From an uncultured Gammaproteobacteria bacterium (GTDB lineage Bacteria > Patescibacteriota > Patescibacteriia > Magasanikbacterales > GWA2-37-8), in the NCBI GenBank assembly GCA_964444635.1, contig CAYUIA010000002.1, positions 1-36,176 of the forward strand: a stretch of DNA of 36,176 nucleotides. Reading direction: 5' to 3'. Position numbers and translations under genes: made by a program. This document shows positions 1 through 6,778 of the stretch, piece by piece. The notes below the pieces were generated by a model. It was not told where the DNA came from and ran no database searches. It saw only the letters and a program-made list of their open reading frames with translations. How positions within the stretch are numbered: the stretch's first letter is position 1; every line of letters starts with the position of its first letter.

Positions 1-55
1 GAACTCCCATCCTCAGGTTCGAAGCCTGATATTTTATCCATTAAACTATAGGGGC
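1..55 (-). tRNA. tRNA-Arg (anticodon UCG), 5' portion only; 3' end lies beyond the window start
   Basis: Reverse complement of 1-55 reads GCCCCTA-TA-GTTT-AATGGATA-AAAT-A-TCAGG-CTTCGAA-CCTGA-GGAT-GGGAG-TTC. This gives an acceptor strand, a 4-bp D stem, a 5-bp anticodon stem with 7-nt loop C-U-UCG-A-A, and a T-stem strand followed by TTC. Truncated by the window edge. Confidence 0.8.
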
Positions 56-431
56 GTTATTGCCGAAATAATAGCATCTTTTTAAAAAAAAATCAACCCT
101 CACGATTTACTTTTTTAATTTTGTGAAATAGTGCTCGTATACCAATTTTTATTTAATAATAAAAATTATTTCATGTAAAATAGATTAACATAAATAATTT
201 CAATCTAAAATCTTAAATCAAAAATCTAAAATCGCTTCGCCTTCGGCGAAGCTTGCCTGTGTATAACTCTCTTGTATCTATTTCATTATTTTGCAAAAGC
301 ATTTATAATAAAGATAGGTCGAATTTTTTATGACATGCTTGTCTATAAAAAATTTATAAATTTTTTCTTGCGATCGCAAGATGAAAAAAATTATTTCATT
401 TATCCCAAAAAGAAAGGGGGTGCGCAAACTT

Positions 432-557
432 ATGAAAAAGAAAGCTAAAAAAGTTGTGAAAAAAGTAGCTAAAAAGAAAGTTGCTAAAAAACCGGTAAAA
501 AAAGCCGTAAAAAAAGTAGCTAAAAAGAAAGTTGCCAAAAAAGGCAAAAAGAAATAG
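432..557 (+). CDS. Lys-rich histone H1/Hc1-like small basic protein, 41 aa (MKKKAKKVVKKVAKKKVAKKPVKKAVKKVAKKKVAKKGKKK). An in-frame ATG at 381 would give 58 aa.
   Basis: ORF below the 60-aa track cutoff. SD-like AAAGGGGGTG ends about 11 nt before ATG 432, and a rho-independent terminator follows. The 89-aa track ORF 278..547(-) is its antisense shadow (Phe/Leu-rich mirror of AAR codons). Confidence 0.7.
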   Translation: MKKKAKKVVKKVAKKKVAKKPVKKAVKKVAKKKVAKKGKKK

Positions 558-575
558 TCTTTTCCTCACACTAAA

Positions 576-616
576 AACACCGTAAGTTATAAACTCACGG
601 TGTTTTTATTTTTTCT
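576..616 (+). terminator. Rho-independent terminator
   Basis: ACACCGTAAGTT-ATAA-ACTCACGGTGT stem (one mismatch) followed by TTTTTATTTTTT. Confidence 0.75.
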
Positions 617-679
617 TTACTAACTATCAGAACACTGCTACAATAAAACTATAGATATAACTATTAATTTATTTAATAT

Positions 680-1891
680 ATGTACAAAAAATTTTTAATT
701 TCATCGGTAATAGTATTTTTTGGACTGGTTTTACTCTCGGGCAAAACTATGGCCATGGAAGAAAAAAGTTTTGAAGATGGAACTTTGGTAAAAATCAAAG
801 GTCAAAAAGTAATTTATTTGTTGGAAGAAGGTGTCAAAAGACCTTTTGCAAATTCCGATACTTATAAAACTTACGGGTATTCTTGGTATGAAATAAAAAC
901 TGTCAAAGAAGAAGATGTGGCAAATTATCAAACCGGTCCGGAAATCAAAACACCGACCGTACAAATAACCGCTGATAAACTTTTTATTCGAAAATGGCCG
1001 TTGCGTTTTAGTAAAATTTTATTTACCGCACAAAAAAATGAAACTTACGAAATAGTAGACATGATGGGCTCTTGGTATAAAATCAAAAATAACGAAAAAA
1101 TTTTAGGTTGGGTTTCTTCACGTTATGCTGTTATTTTGGATGAAGAGATGGATGACTTCGTAATTATCAAGAAAGAAGAAGTGAAGTCCCTCACCGAACA
1201 AAGTTCTGGTGACGGGAAAAAAATTGAACCAATCAAAACCGAAGAAGTCAAAACCGAACCAATTGCAAAAGAGCCGGTAGTGAAAGAATCTGCTCCGAGC
1301 AAAGCGCTGACTTTGAACTATCTTGGTAATGGAAAATTTTCCTGGAAAAAAGTCGGAACATTTTCACAAGGCTACAAACTTGTCTGGTCAAAAAATTCCA
1401 ATCCGACATATCCTCTGCGCGATGGAGATAAATATGCTTTTTATTCCAATCCTGAAACATTAACCGGTTATGTAACGGCTTTTGCCGGTGAAGGAAAATA
1501 TTATGTGCGAGTTTGTGAATATTTGGGTGGTAAGTGCGGTATATATAGCAACCAAGTAACGATTACATTGCTTGGGGATACTGAAAAAACAGTAGAAAAA
1601 GAAACAACTCAAGCCGTAACTTCAATCACTTTAACTTCTCTGGGCGAAGGGAAAATCAGTTGGAAAGTAAACGGCTACTCCAAAAGCGGTTTCAAAGTTG
1701 TTTGGTCGCAAAACCCGTTCCCCACTTACCCGACTCGCGACGGTGATCAATATCATTACTATTCCGAAGCCAATAAAACTACGGATACTGTAAATAATTT
1801 TAACGGCGAAGGAAAATATTATGTTCGGGTATGCGAATACTTGGGAGGTAAATGCGGAATTTACAGCAATCAAATAGAAGTGAACCTATAA
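680..1891 (+). CDS. Secreted protein: signal peptide, SH3b-like domain, Lys/Glu/Pro linker, two tandem ~90-aa Cys-containing repeat domains
   Basis: N-terminal hydrophobic signal (MYKKFLISSVIVFFGLVLLSGKTMA). The GSWYKIKNNEKILGWVSSRY segment is typical of bacterial SH3. aa ~209-298 and ~314-403 are paralogous and both end in GEGKYYVRVCEYLGGKCGIYSNQ. Confidence 0.85.
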   Translation: MYKKFLISSVIVFFGLVLLSGKTMAMEEKSFEDGTLVKIKGQKVIYLLEEGVKRPFANSDTYKTYGYSWYEIKTVKEEDVANYQTGPEIKTPTVQITADKLFIRKWPLRFSKILFTAQKNETYEIVDMMGSWYKIKNNEKILGWVSSRYAVILDEEMDDFVIIKKEEVKSLTEQSSGDGKKIEPIKTEEVKTEPIAKEPVVKESAPSKALTLNYLGNGKFSWKKVGTFSQGYKLVWSKNSNPTYPLRDGDKYAFYSNPETLTGYVTAFAGEGKYYVRVCEYLGGKCGIYSNQVTITLLGDTEKTVEKETTQAVTSITLTSLGEGKISWKVNGYSKSGFKVVWSQNPFPTYPTRDGDQYHYYSEANKTTDTVNNFNGEGKYYVRVCEYLGGKCGIYSNQIEVNL

Positions 1892-1904
1892 AAAATTTAA
1901 AACA

Positions 1905-1941
1905 AAAAACCGCCGAATATCCTCGGCGGTTTTAGTTTTTT
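1905..1941 (+). terminator. Rho-independent terminator
   Basis: AAAACCGCCGA-atatcc-TCGGCGGTTTT followed by a T-rich run. Confidence 0.8.
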
Positions 1942-2011
1942 ATTCTTCACCAAACAATCGTTCAAACTCTTTATTACTTATTAATTTCTTCAAAATATCT
2001 TTTGCAATTTC

Positions 2012-2290
2012 TCAATTTAAATTTATTTTTTTACCGTTCACTTCTCCGGACTTTTCCAAAGTATCTTTATAATTACCGCTAGCAAGTTCCTCGTTTCCGG
2101 TTTTGACAAAATTTTTTAACCAATCTATGGCCAAAGTATATGCAATATGATAATGGTCTTTTGAATATTTTAAATGTTCTATTATCTGTTCTTTACTTCT
2201 GTTAATTCTCTCTTCCTCTTTTGCTTTTTCCTCCATTCGCACCTTAGCAAAATCAGGATTGTCTATACCGCAATTTTCTATAGGATTCAT
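2012..2290 (-). CDS. Hypothetical protein (92 aa)
   Basis: Intact ORF with plausible composition; no recognisable motif. Confidence 0.5.
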   Translation of the reverse strand: MNPIENCGIDNPDFAKVRMEEKAKEEERINRSKEQIIEHLKYSKDHYHIAYTLAIDWLKNFVKTGNEELASGNYKDTLEKSGEVNGKKINLN

Positions 2291-2383
2291 ATTACAAATT
2301 TAATTTTAAATTATATTATCAATCTAACATAAAATATTCTTTCTCGCAATAAGCTCATACTTTATAAACCTTTTAGACTTTAT

Positions 2384-2445
2384 TTACCCTGGTAAAATGG
2401 CGCTTTGCGCCAATTTTTTTAAAAAAAATTATTTCACAGGGTAAA
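2384..2445. repeat. Palindromic element of the ACCC(C/T)GTGAAAT...ATTTCACAGGGT family
   Basis: TTTACCCTG...CAGGGTAAA outer arms enclose the TGGCGC-TT-TGCGCCA hairpin. The right end ATTTCACAGGGT matches 30134-30146. Confidence 0.6.
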
Positions 2446-2447
2446 CT

Positions 2448-4616
2448 TCATAAATCATCCAAATCTCGTAAAAAACTTCCCGGCCTTATTTTCGTCGGTT
2501 TGTCTATATAAGCGCTTTCCTCGGCTTCATAAACTACCCCGCTTATTGGATCGTTAAATTTGGTGGCGCTGTCTGAAATCAACGACCTATCATCGAGCAA
2601 TTCACTGTCGATTTCGCTCAAAAACATGCTTGGTCCACTCAAACTATCTCCCCATCCCCCACCAATCATTGGATAAGTTAAAAATAAATTCTTCTTGGCG
2701 CGAGTTATAGCTACATAAAATAAACGTCTTTCTTCTTCCAGTCCTTGCGTTTCAGAGAGTGATCTATCACTTGGAAACGCACCACTACTTAGGTTGATGA
2801 TAAAAACATTCTCCCATTCCAATCCTTTGGCTTGATGCACAGTAGACAAAACGATTTTGTCTTTGACCCCTCTGGCACTTTGCGCCACCTCCCCTTCGTA
2901 AGGGGAGGATGTCCCCTCCTTAACAAGGAGGGGTGGGGGGAGGTCTTTAAAATTTTCTTGCAAAGTCGCTTCCGCCAAAAATTCTTCTAGCTTATCATAT
3001 TTTTCTGCAAATGTCGCCAATTGTTTGATGTCGGCTTTTCTGTCTTTATAATCCAGATATTCATTTTCCAGATAATCTTTATAAGCCGAATCTAAAATTT
3101 TATTTATCATATTGGCTGGCGTTCTGTCGCTAGTTAACATTTCATCCCAAATTTTCAAAAAGTTTTCAAAACCCAATTGCGCTTTACCGCCCAAAATATT
3201 TTTTATTTCCGGCAATTCTTCAATATTTTGCAAACTGCGGACAAATTCCATGATTTTTTCCACAGCTGCCGGACCTATTCCTTCTTCGTGTAACAAAACC
3301 CTTGTCCAAGCCACCAAGTCATTTAAATTACTTACTATTCGTAAATAACTTAATACATCTTTGATATGCGCGCGTTCAAAAAATTTCATTCCCCCGCGAT
3401 AATCATACTGGATTCCGGCTTTGGTCAATTCCATTTCAAGCATCTGGCTGTGTGCGCTGGCGCGAAAAAGCACAGCGATTTCACTTGGCGCTACACCTTT
3501 TTCCAAAGATTCCACAATTTTTTCCAACACAAAACTCGCTTCCATGCTTTGGTCCATCTGCGGGCGTAATTGCGGTTTATCTCCTCCGTCTTTTATCGGT
3601 TTTAAACTTTTTTTGTATTGTTTGGTGTTATAAGAAATAATATCATTGGCGATTTCCAAAATTTCTTTGGTACTGCGATAATTGGTTTCCAATTTAAAAA
3701 TTTTTGCCTCCGGATAATCTCGTTCAAAATTTAAAATATTTTCTATATTGGCGGCACGAAAAGAGTAGATGCTTTGCGCATCATCACCAACAACCAAAAT
3801 ATTTTTATGCACACTGGCCAACTTTTTTATAATTTCCGCTTGAATTTTGTTGGTATCTTGATATTCGTCCACCATGATATATTGAAATTGCGTGGCAAAT
3901 TTATTTTTTATTTCTTCATTTTGCAAAAGCAGTAACCAATTGGTCAAAAGGTCATCAAAATCCATGCAATTGGCTTGTTTTTTGCGTTTTTCATACTCAC
4001 TCCATAAATTTTTTATCTGATCAGCTACAGCAAACCATTGCGGATATTTCAAATCCAAAACTTCTTCAATTGTTGTATCGGCATTTTTGGCAAAAGAAAT
4101 TATTCCTTGCAACACATTAGCCGAAGGATTTTTTTTGTCCGTTCCGGAATTAAAAATATCTTTGGCGCAAAGTTTTATCAAACTGCGACTATCCTCGCTA
4201 TCAAGCACGGTAAATTTTTCCGTATATCCTATAAAACTCGCATGGCGTTTCAAAATTTTATAAGCAATACTATGAAAAGTCCCCGCCCAAGGGAGGATAT
4301 TGGCGGTCTTCGGTCTTCGGTCTTCGGTCTTCGATTGTCCGTAGTCTGTAGTCTGATTGTCCGTAGTCAACTGTGGTCTGTAGACCGTAGACCGTAGACC
4401 ACTTACTCGCTCTATCATCTCGCCCGCTGCTTTGTTGGTAAAAGTCACAAGTAAAATATTTTCCGGTTTTATCCCTTGTTCCAATAGATATGCAACACGA
4501 TAAGTAACCGTTCTTGTCTTGCCCGAACCAGCTCCGGCCAATACTAAACAAGGACCTATCCCCATATAGATAACGGCCAATTGTTCTTGATTGAGCTCTT
4601 TGGAATAATCAATCAT
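2448..4616 (-). CDS. pcrA: UvrD/PcrA-family SF1 ATP-dependent DNA helicase (722 aa) carrying two in-frame repeat-element insertions
   Basis: Walker A AGAGSGKT, motif Ia TFTNKAAGEM, GTFHS, DEYQDTN, VGDDAQSIYSFRAA, TNYRS, STVHQAKGLEW, YVAITRAK. Confidence 0.95.
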   Translation of the reverse strand: MIDYSKELNQEQLAVIYMGIGPCLVLAGAGSGKTRTVTYRVAYLLEQGIKPENILLVTFTNKAAGEMIERVSGLRSTVYRPQLTTDNQTTDYGQSKTEDRRPKTANILPWAGTFHSIAYKILKRHASFIGYTEKFTVLDSEDSRSLIKLCAKDIFNSGTDKKNPSANVLQGIISFAKNADTTIEEVLDLKYPQWFAVADQIKNLWSEYEKRKKQANCMDFDDLLTNWLLLLQNEEIKNKFATQFQYIMVDEYQDTNKIQAEIIKKLASVHKNILVVGDDAQSIYSFRAANIENILNFERDYPEAKIFKLETNYRSTKEILEIANDIISYNTKQYKKSLKPIKDGGDKPQLRPQMDQSMEASFVLEKIVESLEKGVAPSEIAVLFRASAHSQMLEMELTKAGIQYDYRGGMKFFERAHIKDVLSYLRIVSNLNDLVAWTRVLLHEEGIGPAAVEKIMEFVRSLQNIEELPEIKNILGGKAQLGFENFLKIWDEMLTSDRTPANMINKILDSAYKDYLENEYLDYKDRKADIKQLATFAEKYDKLEEFLAEATLQENFKDLPPPLLVKEGTSSPYEGEVAQSARGVKDKIVLSTVHQAKGLEWENVFIINLSSGAFPSDRSLSETQGLEEERRLFYVAITRAKKNLFLTYPMIGGGWGDSLSGPSMFLSEIDSELLDDRSLISDSATKFNDPISGVVYEAEESAYIDKPTKIRPGSFLRDLDDL
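2865..2945 (-). repeat. 81-bp triple-hairpin repeat element inside the helicase CDS (27 codons, in frame)
   Basis: Its reverse complement aligns end to end with intergenic 11557-11636, with about 9 differences over 81 positions by hand alignment. Confidence 0.85.
4304..4402 (-). repeat. 99-bp heptad word-repeat palindrome inside the helicase CDS (33 codons, in frame)
   Basis: CGGTCTT x4, then ATTGTCCGTAGTC / TGTAGTC / TGATTGTCCGTAGTC, then GTAGACC x3 ending in CAC. Left-arm heptads are complementary to right-arm heptads in 6 of 7 positions. Confidence 0.8.
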
Positions 4617-4619
4617 AGC

Positions 4620-5198
4620 TTAACTTTGTGCCGGTTCTTTTAGACCTACCGCATTTTCTTTGTTTATTTTATCTGCATTTAACAACAACACTTCTAAATC
4701 AGCCATTATTTTTTCCGGTGCGCCTTTACTCTTAAACCAGAGGTCATCAATCTCGCAAAAATATTCTCCTTTTATTTTCCCTGTTTTCAAATTAATACTA
4801 ACTTTCTGACCGGTTTTTTCTTTTACCAATTTTTCCAACACCTGTTTAAGAGTCGGTTCTTTGCTTTTTTCGGAATTATTTACTTCTTTTTTTAATTGTG
4901 CCGTGTAAACAGAGGTCCTGTTCAATAAATATTTTTTAATTTCCTCTCTTCTTTCTTGCCATTTTTGAGTAAAAGATATTGCTATGATTTTTTCTCCATT
5001 TTGAAAATCTATATTTTCTAAATGACCTTCTCTGCCCCGATTAGTTTTAACCAAAACATAGCCGTCTTTTATTCTATTTTGAAAATCCTCGTTGTGGGGA
5101 TCATAGAGGTCGCCCAAACCGTCTATTACACCGCTTTCAGGAACTTTTTCCCATTTTATCCCTTCATTTTCCGGATTAAATTTTTCTTTTTCTGACAT
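4620..5198 (-). CDS. Hypothetical protein (192 aa, starting MSEKEKF)
   Basis: The track ORF runs to 5231, but that ATG lies inside the predicted -10 hexamer (TATGAT), so I favour ATG 5198. The stop is 4 nt upstream of the helicase start, implying co-transcription. Confidence 0.6.
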   Translation of the reverse strand: MSEKEKFNPENEGIKWEKVPESGVIDGLGDLYDPHNEDFQNRIKDGYVLVKTNRGREGHLENIDFQNGEKIIAISFTQKWQERREEIKKYLLNRTSVYTAQLKKEVNNSEKSKEPTLKQVLEKLVKEKTGQKVSINLKTGKIKGEYFCEIDDLWFKSKGAPEKIMADLEVLLLNADKINKENAVGLKEPAQS

Positions 5199-5226
5199 AT
5201 TTTTTATTATTATTTTTAACTTGACT

Positions 5227-5256
5227 ATCATACCACATCATTGATTTTTTTCGCAA
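5227..5256 (-). promoter_or_regulatory. Sigma70-type promoter for the 4620..5198/helicase operon
   Basis: Minus strand TTGCGA-N18-(TGg)TATGAT. Confidence 0.45.
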
Positions 5257-5269
5257 GATATGGTATAAA
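5241..5269 (+). promoter_or_regulatory. Sigma70-type promoter for tgt, divergent and overlapping the previous one
   Basis: TTGATT-N17-(TGg)TATAAA, about 27 nt upstream of ATG 5296. Confidence 0.45.
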
Positions 5270-5295
5270 ATGATACCAATATACCAATTTATTTT

Positions 5296-6558
5296 ATGTT
5301 TTTCGAAACTCTCAAAAAAGACAACCAAACCAAAGCCCGCACTGGCATTATTCACACCGACCACGGGAATATTGAAACTCCCGCTTTTATGCCTGTCGGC
5401 ACCCAAGCTACCGTCAAAACCCTGGACCAACAGGACTTGCTTGATATTGACGCGCAAATAATTCTTGGTAATACCTATCATTTACATTTACGTCCAGGCG
5501 AAGATCTCATCGCGGGACAAGGCGGTTTGCATAAATTTATGAATTGGAATAAACCGATTTTGACCGACTCCGGCGGATTTCAAGTTTTTTCTTTGGGCTT
5601 ACAAAAAATAATGTCATCGCGAGCCACCAAAGGTGGCGTGGCGAACCCACTACAAGCAGATAACAATGGGATTGCTTCGACTTCGTCTCGCAATGACAAA
5701 ACCAAACAAGGTGGTTTGGTAAATATCGATGAAGAAGGTGTGACTTTCCAAAGTCACATTGATGGCAGTTCGCATCGTTTCACTCCCGAATCAGCAATTG
5801 AAATCCAGCATAAACTCGGAGCTGATATTATCATGGCGTTTGACGAATGTACACCGGACACCGCACCTCGCGAATACATAGAAGAAGCTATGCAGCGCAC
5901 CCATCGCTGGGCTGATCGTTGTATCAAAGAACATCAAAAAAATACCTCTTATCACGGCTACAACCAATTTTTATTTGGCATTATCCAAGGTGCCGGAGAC
6001 GAAGAGCTTCGCAAAAAATCCGCACAATATATTTCTTCCCTTCCTTTTGACGGCATTGCTATTGGCGGAGAAAGTATCGGCTATAATATGGACGCTACTA
6101 AAAATATTTTGGATTGGGTTACTCCGATTATTCCGGAAAACAAACCTCGCTACACCATGGGGCTTGGACTTTCACCTCTTGATCTACTGATTGCCGTGGA
6201 ACATGGCGCAGATATGTTTGATTGTGTCGCTCCAACTCGTCTCGCTCGTCACGGCATGCTTTTTTGTCATTGCGAGAGTAACGAAGCAATCCCACAAATT
6301 AACAAACATCGTTTGAATATAAAAAATTCAATTTTTATTAACGACCTCTCCCCGATTGATCCGAATTGTACTTGTCCGGTTTGTAAAAATTATACTCGCT
6401 CATATTTGCACCATCTTTTCTCCGCAGACGAAATGACGGGCATGCGCTTGGCAACTATTCACAATCTTTACTTCATGCTGAATTTAATGAAAGAAACGCG
6501 AAAAGCGATAAACGAAGACAGGTTTACAGAATTACTCAACAAGTGGAAAACGGCTTAA
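5296..6558 (+). CDS. tgt: Queuine tRNA-ribosyltransferase (420 aa) with in-frame repeat-element insertions
   Basis: TPAFMPVGT, LTDSGGFQVFSL, IMAFDEC, GIAIGG, Zn site CTCPVCKNYTRSYLHHL. Confidence 0.95.
   Translation: MFFETLKKDNQTKARTGIIHTDHGNIETPAFMPVGTQATVKTLDQQDLLDIDAQIILGNTYHLHLRPGEDLIAGQGGLHKFMNWNKPILTDSGGFQVFSLGLQKIMSSRATKGGVANPLQADNNGIASTSSRNDKTKQGGLVNIDEEGVTFQSHIDGSSHRFTPESAIEIQHKLGADIIMAFDECTPDTAPREYIEEAMQRTHRWADRCIKEHQKNTSYHGYNQFLFGIIQGAGDEELRKKSAQYISSLPFDGIAIGGESIGYNMDATKNILDWVTPIIPENKPRYTMGLGLSPLDLLIAVEHGADMFDCVAPTRLARHGMLFCHCESNEAIPQINKHRLNIKNSIFINDLSPIDPNCTCPVCKNYTRSYLHHLFSADEMTGMRLATIHNLYFMLNLMKETRKAINEDRFTELLNKWKTA
5613..5697. repeat. GTCATYGCGA...TCGCRATGAC palindromic (MITE-like) element inside the tgt CDS
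   Basis: GTCATCGCGAG...CTCGCAATGAC termini. Internal mini-hairpins CCACC-AAA-GGTGG and GAC-TTC-GTC. The reverse complement of the right arm (GTCATTGCGAGACGAAGTCGAAGCAATCCCA) matches the left arm of the 9639 copy and the half copy at 6266. Confidence 0.85.
6266..6295 (+). repeat. Half copy (one arm) of the same element inside the tgt CDS
   Basis: GTCATTGCGAGAGTAACGAAGCAATCCCAC compared with 9639-9675 GTCATTGCGATCCGCCATGGCGGAGAAGCAATCCCAC. Translated as CHCESNEAIP. Confidence 0.65.
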
Positions 6559-6573
6559 CCAAGCCGTTTTTTT
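6548..6573 (+). terminator. tgt terminator
   Basis: AACGGCTT-AACC-AAGCCGTT followed by TTTTT; the stop codon lies in the loop. Confidence 0.8.
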
Positions 6574-6608
6574 ACCCTGTACCGAACTTGTTCTGGTACA
6601 GGGTTTTT
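6574..6608 (+). repeat. Second hairpin, terminator-like (ACCCTGTACC family)
   Basis: ACCCTGTACC-gaacttgttct-GGTACAGGGT followed by TTTT. Confidence 0.6.
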
Positions 6609-6625
6609 AAATTAAAGTAACTCTT

Positions 6626-6710
6626 GTCCCGCTAAGCGGGACTATAACCTCGGCTTATCTTCGCGAGGCCCCGCTGAGCGGGGCTATATTGACGCTCAGC
6701 ACCGAGGTTG
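6626..6710. repeat. Cluster of REP-like hairpins
   Basis: GTCCCGCTAAGCGGGAC (6626-6642) and GCCCCGCTGAGCGGGGC (6668-6684). They are enclosed by AACCTCGG (6646-6653) / CCGAGGTT (6702-6709). Alternative pairing is GCTGAGCG (6673-6680) / CGCTCAGC (6693-6700). Confidence 0.6.
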
Positions 6711-6736
6711 ACAAAACCGTGAAAATGTGCTATATT
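6708..6736 (+). promoter_or_regulatory. Sigma70-type promoter
   Basis: TTGACA-N17-TATATT, about 43 nt upstream of ATG 6779. Confidence 0.65.
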
Positions 6737-6778
6737 TATTTGTTAGTTCATTACAAATAACAAACAACGGAGGATATC

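Noticed and set aside
278-547. 89-aa ORF on the minus strand (MPFLATFFLATFF...)
   Set aside because: The Phe/Leu/Thr-rich product is the antisense mirror of the Lys-rich plus-strand gene at 432..557. That gene has an SD and a terminator; this ORF has neither.
4304-4402. Heptad repeats as a CRISPR array or satellite
   Set aside because: The units are 7 nt with no spacers, lie inside a motif-bearing CDS and keep its frame. No cas genes or 25-40 nt repeat/spacer periodicity exist anywhere in the window.
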